Below, in pieces: positions 23,409 to 34,900 of a stretch of 64,000 bases of DNA; the stretch's first letter is position 1; each line of letters begins with the position of its first letter. A model generated the notes under the pieces. It was not told the DNA's origin. It searched no databases and worked only from the letters and a program-made list of their open reading frames with translations. The translations under genes and the position numbers were made by a program. This DNA comes from Massalongia carnosa. Its lineage: Eukaryota. The stretch lies in NCBI GenBank assembly GCA_965645245.1, contig OZ287070.1, positions 1,302,001-1,366,000 of the forward strand. Direction: 5' to 3'.

Positions 23409-25909
23409 TCCGTCGTGTTCGTCTATTTTTGATCCGCTTCTTGTATCTATGCACTAAGAAGGATGCAAAAGAATAAAATGCGCCTGTCCTCGACCGCAAC
23501 GCAAAACACGACCTACACGTTGATATAGCTTCGCCATTGACGAGGGTAGCAGCCATTGCGTAACTCTCATAACGTCTGGATTATCAATACCAAGCCCGTA
23601 TGCATCCTTTGCGATCAGGATTCGAGGAAATTTACATTTATTCGAGGGCATTTCGAAGCGAGCCGCAATCCTTTCTTTGTCTTGGGTTGCGATGTCGGAA
23701 AAGAAAGGCGCGACCCAACTAGCGGCCTCAATTGAAAGGACAATTGATTTATCCATACTTTCATTAGCGTACACGCCTTTATGATAGATGAAATTGAATC
23801 CATGAAGATAATCGTTTTCGGAATATCAAAAGGACTCTCAGCACGTGTTGGTAAAAGATATTAAAGATCGATTATGCTGTTCATAGGCCTCTGTAGACTG
23901 CTTGTCTATATGAATATCTCTGGACGATCAAGCGCTGTTTGAATAACAGTACTTTCGGTTATCAAAGCCACAGTGATCTTTAACGCTCTCTAGGGTTTTT
24001 GGATCAAGCGTCGCAGACGCACCCAGAAAAGGAATACCGTCTGGTAATCGTGTACGAAGTATACCGAGACTGAAGTATTCGGGCCGGAAATCTCGCCATT
24101 CGGATACAAGATACATCTCATCAAGAGCTAAAAGATATAAATTCAAGAAGAAACTTGGATACCTCAGAACCTCCTGATTAAATAGCTTTGACGTCGCTAT
24201 CTCTGGGCTAGTAAAAACTATTCATATCAACGAGTAAGTTTTTATAACAATGCGTATAATTGTTTTCACGGATTAACTTTAAATTAGAAGAATTATTACT
24301 ATTACCGTCCAACACAAAAGGCTTGCATCCCTCGATAACGCTTAATTTCTTGTACTGTTGAGCTTCTAAGGTCTTGAGAGGCAAGATAATTAAAGCGATC
24401 TTAAGGCAAGAAAACATTAATGGCATAGCTTGAAAGATAATACTCTTTCCAAATCTAGTCTTGGCGATAAATTTCAGATCCTTTTGATCTTGTGCCAAAG
24501 TTATGATAGCGTCAACTTGCTCATTCTTTGGCGAAAAGCCGAATTTACTTAAAATCACGGTCGTCACCTGATCGAGAGTTATCGACGCCATAGGATCGTT
24601 CATTTAGATATGTTCGCGAGCGATATTCGACGATTCGCGAGTTGGATTCTTAGCCCGCAAAACGCATATCAAGCAAGTTCATCATATTCAACGCTTTCAG
24701 GCTTTCGAAAACAACGCTCGGAAGATCAGATTAATGATGAGAAGCGCCGACAATGAAAATCTGGAGCTAGTGACTCGTTGAGTCTGCTGTGGTAGTGTCG
24801 AAATTTCGAGTCAAAGTCGAGTCCTCGTCGCGAGATCGATATTGGGACTCAATTCTGCATCGATATGAAATTAAAATATTGATTAATCGATAGAATGTAT
24901 ACCAAAGCATCATTTCTATTACTACATAATTTATGAAATGTCGTTGCGCGTTGTTGATTCCGCTATCAACTTGATACTTGATGATTTTTGAGGTTAAGCC
25001 AAAAATTTGTATGAGCGCGCACCAAAATAAGCCGGATCTGACAAAAATAAAGAGTTTGCGCTCAGACGTGCCGCCAGTAGCATGCGTAGTCAGCTAAAGG
25101 GCCGCTAACCCGAAGGTGCTTAGCGAAATAGGCTAACCCGGAGGGGCTTAGCCGGCTCATAGAGCCACGCACGTCTGAGGTACTGAGACAACTAATTTTC
25201 AGAATTTTCAAATGTGTTTAAAACCTCTAAAAAACATGTTTAAAAATGACATAAAAAATCGACCGGGTCGAACGGGTCAAACGGGTTTACCTAGGAACGG
25301 TTCTGCAACCAAGCAGGCTGAGCCGTACAGGTTCCCCAAGCCGGTAGCGGGTCGGGTTCGACTAGTCACAACCCGACCTAACCCGACCCGTTGCGCGGCG
25401 TAGTTATGATCGTGTTATTATCTTTGCCCGATTCTAGTATAAACTTTATAGCCTTGCATTTGATGATGCTGAATAATCGTCCCATGTTTGCGTTTGAAAC
25501 TACGAGGTAGCAAGAATAAAGATCTAACATCTTAGCCACCCACTCGGGTCAGCCACCCAATTGGGTCACCTCACCAAAAATTTTCTGTAATGGGCTACGA
25601 GACTAGTAAGCTTATCACGAGCGACACTGATCTCGAAAGGGGAAATGCTCAGCGTGAGAGGAGGAAGATAGCTACTACGTGCTAGTCTCCGAGAGTATAC
25701 GTGATCCAAAGAACTAATGGATGTGGAAGTGCTTAGACCAAGAGATCTCGTCCGAGACCCAAACGTAGGTTGTTCATAGAATAAAGACTAATTGCTAACG
25801 AATACTACAAGATTCGTTCTGATATTTATCCTACTCACCCCAAGCCTATAGCCTTGGGAGCCTTGGAACCTTAGGAGCCTTGCAAGCCTTGGGAGCCTTG
25901 CGAGCATTA

Positions 25910-26480
25910 TGTGACGAAGCGAGATAGTGAATAGATTTCTACCATTGCGCCACCTGTCCTTCCCGACCAAAAGGCACAATACTTAGTCCGCAGACTAAGC
26001 TCTATTCTACTATAACTGGGACTCCTGCTATGTTCGCTGTAGGTCCTGCCGTCCGCACCACGCATGGTCGAACCTTTACACTACCGCCCGTCTAGCTGCG
26101 GCTAGCCCCTAGCCGCTTCCAGTTATAGTTAGCCCCGAAGAATGGGCTCTTCTTAGCGTACGGCCCTCGCCGATCCGACTTAGAGAGTTTTCATCCAACG
26201 CTTTCCCGTTTCGTCCTAGCTTCAGTCCGTCGAAGCAAGGCGAAAAAGCGAGGAACTCAGGTCAGGAATCGAACTCACGACTAGTATACCGATTGACGAC
26301 TAAGTATTCTACGACGAAGCGAGATAGTGAATAGATTTCTACCATTGCGCCACCTGTCCTTCCCGACCAAAAGGCACAATACTTAGTCCGCAGACTAAGC
26401 TCTATTCTACTATAACTGGGACACCTGCTATGTTCGCTGTAGGTCCTGCCGTCCGCACCACGCATGGTCGAACCGTTACA
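25910..26480 (-). mobile_element. Complete TRIM (two 171-bp LTRs plus 229-bp non-coding interior)
   Basis: LTRs 25910-26080 and 26310-26480 (about 4 differences); TSD CATTA/AATTA; the empty site is visible in the LTR copy near 42875; purine-rich tract next to the 3' LTR. Confidence 0.9.
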
Positions 26481-27484
26481 AATTACAGCCTTGCAATCCA
26501 CATCCGACTTTATCGCATTACATCCAACCATCCCTCAGGATCCATCCACGAACTCGGCGTTCGCTGGATTATCTAGTCAGCCTCGAGCAGCCTTCTAGAT
26601 CTTCCCTTGCAAGGTAGAACAATTCTACCCCCGGCTAGATCCCTCACTACATGCCTCAGGCTATGTAGCTTCATTTCGCCGTCACCACTACCTAGTGATG
26701 GAAGGTTACCTCCGACTGAATACCTCGCTACACTGCGGACCTGCCTCTAGACACAAGGTCTAGACAACGAAGTCATGTAGGTTCATTCAGCCGACATCAC
26801 TACCAACGTAGTAATAAAGGTTGAAGCTGAAATTTACACTGGGGAGCCTAGCTCAAGCTGCGTCCAGCGAGCCGTGCCTCCTGCTACCTCTCTTGAACCA
26901 TCAAGAGATCCAGTAGCTCCGAGTAGGCCAGTAGATCCCATATAGAGTTCCTTGGCGTCTCCACAGGAGTCCGCCTTACACTCCATGGCAATCTACCACC
27001 ACGGCCTCGACAGGTGTTTGATCTGTAAGTAGTCAAGAACGTGATAACAATAACTCCGAAGTTTCGGGGCAAGATGGCAGTGTGTTGTGGAAGGATGAAC
27101 TGGGTGGTGTGCGTGGTCCACTATTGCTAGGAGTGCAAGAGAACAAACAAACAAGAGAAGAACAGAACAATAGAATAAGGACAATAGCTAGACTGGTCTC
27201 TGTATGCCTCGTGCCTCGTGCCTCGTGCCTGTGAACTGTATGTGTTGATGCTATGTGTTGTAGCTATTGCTACGAGCATGCTTGCTCTATAAGGAAAAGA
27301 ACTATCTATAACTAAACTAAAAGAAAGACTGTCACCTGACTTCCCCGCTACCTTTACCGAGTATCAACCGAAAAGAACCAACTCCCGAACCGCTAGCAAT
27401 TTGAATTTAGAGTATCACCGCTCCACCCCCCTACATAGTTCCCCTCTCTCTTTAGGTGTCGACCCCTGACACCTATCACTGTTC

Positions 27485-28000
27485 CTACTCCAGCGTTCGC
27501 TTCATTCCGGCCTCAGCAAACACTAACTCCTCCTCATCCAGCTCGGGTCCCGGAGTCGTATCAATGTCATCAGAGATGTGAGGAATAGGCCTGCCATGTG
27601 ACTCTCGCTTTAACCGAAAAGATGACCTAGTCCCAAAGTCCTCTTCCTCTGCTTTCTTCACATGCTGAAACATAATAATGGCCTCCTTTAATGTCCGATT
27701 CCTCCATTCTCCAACTGCCCGTGACAGTTGGACCATATCCACCTCCTCAATAACATCTTCTCGTTGAGCTTTGAACTCTTCTTCTTTCATCACCGAGGCC
27801 CAGGCATCATTCTGTATGACATAGTCATAATAGTCCACTATGCTATCCCCTAGCATATGCTGAAACTCTATTAGCTGCGATTCTATGGTCCTCTGTCCCT
27901 CGTATCGGTCTGCTGGGGTCAATGTCTCAAGAAAAGCTAGTGCGTCTGTCATGTGGTGGAAGCGGTCATTTCCTAGGACAATGACTAATTGGAAAGACAT
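27485..28000 (-). CDS. Extra 3' ORF (171 aa, acidic, unknown function) inside the Gypsy element
   Basis: ATG-initiated open frame between pol and the PPT; no recognisable motif. Confidence 0.45.
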   Translation of the reverse strand: MSFQLVIVLGNDRFHHMTDALAFLETLTPADRYEGQRTIESQLIEFQHMLGDSIVDYYDYVIQNDAWASVMKEEEFKAQREDVIEEVDMVQLSRAVGEWRNRTLKEAIIMFQHVKKAEEEDFGTRSSFRLKRESHGRPIPHISDDIDTTPGPELDEEELVFAEAGMKRTLE

Positions 28001-28357
28001 GCCAAAAGATGTAAGGCAAGTAAGGTAAGATAAATTGTTCCAAGTTATCGAGTAGCTTGCTGACTTTCGCTTAGATAAGAAGTTGAGCTTAGCAGAGATG
28101 TTTGCTGATAGGAAGATAGTATATGTGCTGATCAGGTAGGTAGTAAAAGCTAGATAATTTGCTGAGTTCTGGTAGTATGGAAAAGGTAAAACATGGAGGT
28201 GAGGATTCGGAAGATGGCAATTTCGACTAAGGTTGGTGAAGTTTTCGGTGAATTTTGGTAAGTGTGAAATGAAACTATTCCGAAGGTTCGTGTGCTTCCT
28301 CCGCTGACAATATGCATTTTACTAAGGAAATTCGTTCGATATAGGTAGTCGGATATG

Positions 28358-31300
28358 TCAATTTTCCACCGTCTCCATCGCATCAGCACGTCTGCTAGGA
28401 ATCACTACTGCCATTGGCCAGCCAGGTGGAATCATGGACTGTCGGTCGTCCTCGTCCCCCCCATGGTTTATAGTCGGCCCCTGACTATTATGTTGCTCAG
28501 GTTCTTCTATCGGAGGTAAGTTAATATTTTGCCGAGCATGAAATGGTTTCAGTCGATTTCCTGCAAAGGTTCCAGCTAATAGGGTGCCGTCTAGTTCACA
28601 TAGTTTGTAAGTTCCCTTATCAACAATTGTTTGTTGAATTTTATATGGTCCCAACCACCTGAACGTTAGTTTGCCTGTGTGCTGATTGTCTAATTTAGTG
28701 TCGTGCAAAAGAATTAATTGACCCTCGGTGAGTTCAATTGATCTCAGATTGTTCAGAGTGTCAAAGGTCTCTTTGCCTTCCATTCTTTGTCTTTGCAGGA
28801 ATAAAGCTGTCTCTTCCATGTCTTCATCCCTTCGCTGTATTTGTCTCGCACGCATAGCTAGCAATTCGTCTGTTGTATGAACTTCATTCCATGGTAATAT
28901 TCTCCATGTTGGAATTTCCAGTTCAATTGGTAGAACAGCCTCATTGCCGCTATTCAGATAGAAAGGTGTGTTGCCGGTGCTAGCACGAACTGTTGTACGG
29001 TCGGCCCATAGTACTGCAGGAAGATTATCAACCCATTTGCCCATGCCTCCATTTGTCATTTTGGATAATGCTTGAACAACTGGCCGATGTCCCCGTTCTA
29101 TCATGCCATTGGCTTGCGGATGATAGGCAGAAACAACTACTCTTTTGATACCATATCGATTTGCTAATTCGATAACAGCATCTTTGTTTTCTGGTCCACC
29201 ATCAACAATCAGTTTTCCGAAGCACCCATGTCTGCATATAACATCTTCCCACAAGAATCTCGCGACATTCTGAGCGGTAGCTTTTCCTAGTGCTCTACCC
29301 TCGACCCATCCGGAAAAGTCATCTCTGGCCATAACAATATAGTGCTTGCCTCGACAAGCTGGCATGTGGACCACGTCTAAGCCAACCTTCTGCCACATGA
29401 AGGTAACCCATGTCGGATGAAGTGCTTCCTCGAGCCTAGTGGGGTCACGTTTCTGACATTCCTCGCAGGACCGAACATAGCCTTTTACATCATCGTGCAA
29501 TTGTTCCCACCAGTACCTGTCTGCTATGCGTCTGTATGTGCCCTCTCTGCCTCTATGTCCACTTTCGTCATGCAGCTGTTTCAATATTTCCAACTTCCGC
29601 TCATCGGAGTCTATCACTCTCCTGGAAGGTACGTTCTTGCTGTTTCGTCTATAAAGATGGCCATCTTGTACTCGATAGCGCAAGGCCTCGCTCTTAAACG
29701 CTCTAAACTCTTTGCGGTTTAGTCCAACCGGCTTTTGTAGTGATGTTAGAAATGCAGCGATTCTCTCGGACTTATCACTATATCCGGCCTTTAGCACTTT
29801 TTCGTCTGGCACCTCTGCGGAGTTAACGGAAATTGGACAGGCCCTTAGTGAATTCAGTTCGGCATCTATGAAGTCGTCTATGTCTTGCTCCTGCTGTTCG
29901 GCCCGAATTTCTTCCTCAGTATGAGGTCGTCTAGACAGTCCATCTGCTGCCGTATGTTTTCGGCCAGCAACATGTTTGACCTCGAAGTCAAACAGTCGTA
30001 TCCATGCTATCCATCGGACTATCAGAGCACCAGGCAAATCGGTACAAGCTCCATTCAATTGCGCCACTAGGACGTTGGCGTCTGTCTCCAACACAAAGTG
30101 AACTCCATATAGCCAGTGCCTTGTCTTTTTCAATGCCTTTAGAACGCCTCGACACTCTCGCTTGGTTGCATCATATCGCTGTTCCACCTCGCTCCATACT
30201 CCGCTTTCGTACCGAATGGGGTGACGCTTGCCATCAAAGATTTGCATCAGTACAGCGCCCCATCCTTTCAAACTCGCATCCACAGCCAATATGATAAGTC
30301 CAGCTAGCTCGCTATAGTCAATGGTCTTTAGTGCTGGCGGAGATGTCAGAGCTATCTTCAGCAAGTCCATTGCCTCGGTTTGTTCCATGCCCCATACAAA
30401 AGCAGCATCTTTCTTCAGCAGACGATATATTGGTTCAGCAACAATGGCAAAGTCCAATATCCATATGCGATAGTACACACACACACCTATAAAAGCACGA
30501 GCGGAAGAAGCGTCGGTGCATATCGGCCACTCTAGAATTTTGATAACCTTAGCGGTGTCCGGATGTCTACCATCGGAGTCGGTCACAAATCCTACTATCT
30601 TCAGACCGGCCATGCAAAATTGCGACTTTTCTCCGGAGATAGTGCATCCAGCCCTTTCTATGTCCGCGAGTACCCCATCTAGCCACATGAGATGTTCAAG
30701 CACGTACTTTCTGATGCCCGGTGCCACTTCTTCACCACCATAATCAGTCTTCGGCCCCTTCACTCCGATGTCATCAAGGAAAGGTTTAGCACGGTTCGGA
30801 ATGTGGTCCTGCAGTATCTTTGTCACTACCCGTACGAACTGTGCAACCGAATTGGTAGCTCCCATTGGTATAGATGTCATTCGCAATAGTCCTATTGGTG
30901 TCATGAAGGCGGTCATGTCTCGACTATGAACATCGAGTTCCATTTGGTCATATCCTGAAAACAAGTCGATCAAGGAAGCGATGTGGCAGCCAGCAAAGTC
31001 CTCTGAGAATTCGTCTACCGAAGGTGGCAGATTTGCGTCTCGGATGGTCACTTTGTTCATGTCTAGGGCCGCATTAATTAATCGGTACTTATTTTTCTCT
31101 TTCTTCTTCACTATGAACCATGGATTTCGATAGGGACCATGACAAGGTTCCAACGTTCCTCGCTGCAGTCGGTCCTTCAGCATCTCTATCACCATCGGTA
31201 CCAGGGCCCTTGGCAATGGGAATGATGGGGTCTGCCATGCCTCATGTGGAATAGTGTTGATTTTACATGGTGGAGACACCTCAGGTTTGACTCTGCCCAT

Positions 31301-31942
31301 CTCGGAAAACTCCCATGACAGCGCTGCTTCTCGGTTGTATAACATCTGGGTCAACACTTCTTTCTCAGCAGACGTCATACTGTCGCCCACTGTCATTCGC
31401 TGCAGCCGTTCCGGTGTCAATCGTGAGCCTTTGAATATTGTCGAGAACTTTGGAATTAGCCAATCAGGGAACTTTTCTGACTTTGGTAGGCCTCTCTCTT
31501 TCTCTAGCGCCTTCGCTTTCCAATCTGCTATTCCACCAGGTATGGTGCCATCCGACTGGTCAGAATTCACTGGTCGAACCTTGACTGCCTTCCGTTTGTA
31601 TGCCGTATCAACTCTCACACTACTCCGTCGCCCGAACACCCTGTTCTGATTGATCGTGTACATGTCGAATTTCCGAGAAAACCTCAGAGCCGAAAGTCCG
31701 ACCGAGCCAATTGCACGCGACGGTGTGAAGGCGCGAACATAGTGGTCCATCGCCGCCTCTTCCGCACTAGTCGCTGTAGGAGTTAGGGCTATTTGATTTA
31801 ATAGGCCGGGCCTGTTAAATGGAATGGAAGATTTATTCTCCGATAGTCCAACCCTAAAACTCGACACTTTCGCTCTCTCCAGGTTTTTATTACTGCTACC
31901 AGCCATGGACCTGTTCTGCACATGGTGGCTAGCTAGTTTAAA
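28358..31942 (-). CDS. Pol: RT-RNase H-integrase, entered by -1 frameshift
   Basis: IDLFSGY, PMG, FLDD, VDAS, ETD, ADGLSR, H-H-C-C, VDGGPE, PQANGMIER, W.GPY; no chromodomain. Confidence 0.93.
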   Translation of the reverse strand, partial: FKLASHHVQNRSMAGSSNKNLERAKVSSFRVGLSENKSSIPFNRPGLLNQIALTPTATSAEEAAMDHYVRAFTPSRAIGSVGLSALRFSRKFDMYTINQNRVFGRRSSVRVDTAYKRKAVKVRPVNSDQSDGTIPGGIADWKAKALEKERGLPKSEKFPDWLIPKFSTIFKGSRLTPERLQRMTVGDSMTSAEKEVLTQMLYNREAALSWEFSEMGRVKPEVSPPCKINTIPHEAWQTPSFPLPRALVPMVIEMLKDRLQRGTLEPCHGPYRNPWFIVKKKEKNKYRLINAALDMNKVTIRDANLPPSVDEFSEDFAGCHIASLIDLFSGYDQMELDVHSRDMTAFMTPIGLLRMTSIPMGATNSVAQFVRVVTKILQDHIPNRAKPFLDDIGVKGPKTDYGGEEVAPGIRKYVLEHLMWLDGVLADIERAGCTISGEKSQFCMAGLKIVGFVTDSDGRHPDTAKVIKILEWPICTDASSARAFIGVCVYYRIWILDFAIVAEPIYRLLKKDAAFVWGMEQTEAMDLLKIALTSPPALKTIDYSELAGLIILAVDASLKGWGAVLMQIFDGKRHPIRYESGVWSEVEQRYDATKRECRGVLKALKKTRHWLYGVHFVLETDANVLVAQLNGACTDLPGALIVRWIAWIRLFDFEVKHVAGRKHTAADGLSRRPHTEEEIRAEQQEQDIDDFIDAELNSLRACPISVNSAEVPDEKVLKAGYSDKSERIAAFLTSLQKPVGLNRKEFRAFKSEALRYRVQDGHLYRRNSKNVPSRRVIDSDERKLEILKQLHDESGHRGREGTYRRIADRYWWEQLHDDVKGYVRSCEECQKRDPTRLEEALHPTWVTFMWQKVGLDVVHMPACRGKHYIVMARDDFSGWVEGRALGKATAQNVARFLWEDVICRHGCFGKLIVDGGPENKDAVIELANRYGIKRVVVSAYHPQANGMIERGHRPVVQALSKMTNGGMGKWVDNLPAVLWADRTTVRASTGNTPFYLNSGNEAVLPIELEIPTWRILPWNEVHTTDELLAMRARQIQRRDEDMEETALFLQRQRMEGKETFDTLNNLRSIELTEGQLILLHDTKLDNQHTGKLTFRWLGPYKIQQTIVDKGTYKLCELDGTLLAGTFAGNRLKPFHARQNINLPPIEEPEQHNSQGPTINHGGDEDDRQSMIPPGWPMAVVIPSRRADAMETVEN

Positions 31943-34900
31943 GTTTCGTCTCGGTTCTCCGGAAACAGGTCCTCTGCTGTATGGAGTTTGCTACCAGGAT
32001 CGGAAGTCGCTATGAACTTAGCAGTTCGTTTCCCATCTTCAGCATGTATGGTGCATTCTACCTCGTTGTTACGGTAGTCCAAGCCCACACGCATCTGGTG
32101 AAGATAAGGTTGTCCTAGCACTAGTTGATGGTCCGCAGCATCAATGACAAATATGTGGTTAAGCGACGCTACTCCGCCAATATCAACCTCCACGTTTTCA
32201 CACACCCCGAGGAATTCCTTTCTATGTCCGGTATGGGAAATTAGATTGATATTTGGGTAAGGTCGCATGGCCAGACCCTCGCGCTTAGCGACATCATATG
32301 TCATCACGTTCACTTCGGCACCTGAGTCAAGAAGAGACTTATATCGGCCTCCATCACCAACTCGCACTTTGGCTTTAGGTGTCGACCTTGTATATGCTCT
32401 GCGGAGTAGTGGATCCCGAATGCCGATAGAGCCGATTTTTACCGTTGGACCGTCCTGTCTTTCTGCTTCCGTATTTCGTGTCACTTTGTTAACTACCGAT
32501 TTAAACATGGGTAACATGGCTATGATATTGCCATTGGTCAGTCCTCCAGTACCAGCTGCTAGCGATTGCAGATAGCGGCCCTGTATCAAGTCCACGTTGA
32601 ACTCTCGTCTCGCTATCTTCAGGAATTCTTCTGCACCTATCTTTTCTATGGCGTCTCGAACTTCTCCACGAATAGGTGCCCTCAGCACTCCGGTACCCGG
32701 CTTCTTCTTTCCGCCGCCTTTCCCAGCTAGACCTGCTTCTGTCATTTCCACATCTTCTTCTATAGGGTCAGCAAATGTTACCCGAGGTTCTGCCGCGGAA
32801 GCTCTGTCGGTTGGTTTTGATTGGTCAAGACTATCATTCCGACGTTCTACCGACGTAGGAAGCGGACTCCAATTGCCATATCTAGGTGCTTTCGGTACTG
32901 CGAAATGGTCCTCGCGCTCAGCCCTGCGTTTCAGAATTCGTTTAGCCGGCTCTTTCCAGTTCTCCTCAGCAGGTTTATTGTTTTCGGTCCTAGCCGAGTT
33001 GATAGAGGTAGTATGTTCGATGATCGTCACCTCCGGGTCCCATTCTTCGTCAGAAGAAAAGTCATCTGCACTATCCTCGCCTATTCGAACCGTGTGCACT
33101 TCGGCATTTTGTCCAGCTTGACTAAATTGATTGGCCAACATCTTCGCACGTCTAATGGACTCTTTTTGTGTCACACCCGGTAAATGCCGAATTGGGTTGG
33201 AATATGTACCCATCGGTCCCAGACAGAGCAGGCCTTTCTCATTCAGATGGATAACACCATTCCTTTGGTCAGCGTCGAAGTCTGGACAGTCTCTTCGCCT
33301 GTCATGCAGTACCTTCTCTCCACAATAGTTGCAGCTTTCGTCGCTACCATATTGATGGTCATGCTGTTGTCTCTGTCCGTCATAGGATGACTGTCTATGT
33401 GGTGATTGGGAACGGTTCCGACTCTGCTGACTCTGCTGACTATTCTGATTGGCCGGTCGCATTTGAGCTCCGGTGGCAAGGACTAATGCATCGAACTTAT
33501 TGGTCAGGTCCATGATAGTTTTCTCCGTGGACTTCGATAGGCTAACAGTAGTCGAGTCTGCTACTGGTGGACTAAGCGAGTTCATGATATCTTCATGACC
33601 GTCTAGCACTATCTTTTTGTCGAACTGGTCGGCTAGAGCACTATATTTATCGGTTACACTCTTCTCGGTCCGCATCACCTCCTTATATTTCATTCTCGCC
33701 TCTACTAGTGTCAGAGTCTTTTTCACCAGTCCATCAAAGTCCTTCATCACATTATCGTCGAAATCAACACCTCGGCGAAAGAACAACTCTTCGCGTATGT
33801 CAGCAGGAAGACCTTGCATGAACCACTGATTTCGTGTGTAAATGTCTAGCTTCTCTTGACTAATTAGGGCTTTGGATATGGCACCGAACTTCCGACAGAA
33901 GTTCCGCACATCATCGTCGCTAGTGCGTACTTTGTCCTTGTATGACTCCAGAAACGGTCGAGAATTCACCTGCTGAATGCTATCGCCAGCCTTGTACTCT
34001 TTCTTCATCACCTTGCTCAGCTGTGTCCATCTTCTCTCCACAAAGTCCGGAAGCGACTCAATGGTCTGGCCAATTAGCATGTCGCAATAACGGGGCAACC
34101 TACGAATCCTCTCATTGTTTCCGACATGATAGTCCTCACACATATCCTCGTACCGACTCAGGAACTCCGACACATTTTTACCTTGAAAGAATGGAGTGCC
34201 AGGAGTGCCTGGTTGAGGCATGGTCATCACAAATCCAAAGGGTCCAGCGGACATGGCTGGTCTATTTCCAAAAGACTCGGGGCTTGTCGACGATGGTGTG
34301 GTCATGGTGCTCTCTGCCTCGTGACTAGGTTGACCTTCGGTTGTAGGTATGATAGTCGATGGACTATCTCGGCTCGCAGGTGGAGCAGGACTATCAGTTC
34401 GCGTACGTGCCTCGTTAGTGTTTCGGACGCTAATGACAAGTTGCTCAAGAAGAGGAATGAGGTTTGTAACGATTTTTGTCAGCTGTGAGGTAGTTGTTTC
34501 TTTGTCGTCATAGGTTGGGATATGACTACTCGGCTGACAATAGTATTGATGACAATGCGAAACAGGATGATGAGTATACGTCTCTCCTGCAGACGAATGA
34601 CCAATAGGAGCTTGCTTAGTCGGCTCGAAACAATGATATGACAAACAAGGACAAGTATGTGTCTGGTACGGTGGAGGTAGGTCGAAATGTCTGTGGTGCA
34701 GAGGTGCTGGTGCCGCCTCCGTATGCAGACGTTGTCTGTTATAGCAATGCGCTCTGCTTTCTCTCTCGGTATTGTCAACTGGTGAATAGGAAGTTTGATA
34801 TGAATTGTACGAATGGGTAGAATGGAATGGCTGCGCTATTCTGCCATCGGAGGGAAATGAGGCTACTTTTATGTCTACTCCGTGTCGTTTTGTCTCTCGG

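Larger units (their letters stand above)
21800..24603 (-). pseudogene. RecQ-like SF2 helicase of the AcademH element, interrupted by two solo LTRs
   Basis: IAKT(R)FGKS Walker A, LDEM(Y)L, FRPEY, GASATL, AYGLGIDNPDV, YQRVGR; Zn module GCVR...PCCSIC near 22330-22430. 3' end approximate. Confidence 0.8.
13035..25191 (+). mobile_element. AcademH-type DNA transposon (transposase plus RecQ-like SF2 helicase), decayed, ~5.4 kb after removing nested inserts
   Basis: Long TIRs TTGCCTCAGTACCTCAGACGTGCGTGGCTCTAT... and their reverse complement ending 25191 (close match over ~85 bp, weaker to ~160 bp). TSD CTAATTTT at 13027-13034 and 25192-25199. Convergent transposase (+) and helicase (-) pseudogenes. 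Confidence 0.8.
12835..25402. mobile_element. hAT-like MITE (~0.4 kb) split in two (12835-13034 and 25200-25402) by the AcademH insertion
   Basis: TIRs TACGCCGCGCAACGGG / CCCGTTGCGCGGCGTA. The joined halves are colinear with the reverse complement of the intact copy at 49704-50141. Subterminal ACCCG repeats are present. Outer flanks do not form a TSD. Confidence 0.8.

Noticed and set aside
21800..24603. Host RecQ/SGS1 gene or telomere-linked helicase
   Set aside because: It lies inside TIRs opposite a transposase, is minimal and decayed, and there are no telomeric repeats.
12835..25402. One giant 12.5-kb TIR element with cargo
   Set aside because: The outer TIRs belong to a 0.4-kb MITE (intact copy at 49704); the interior is a separate insertion with its own TIRs and TSD.
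27485..28000. env gene call
   Set aside because: Too short, with no signal peptide, furin site or transmembrane segment visible.
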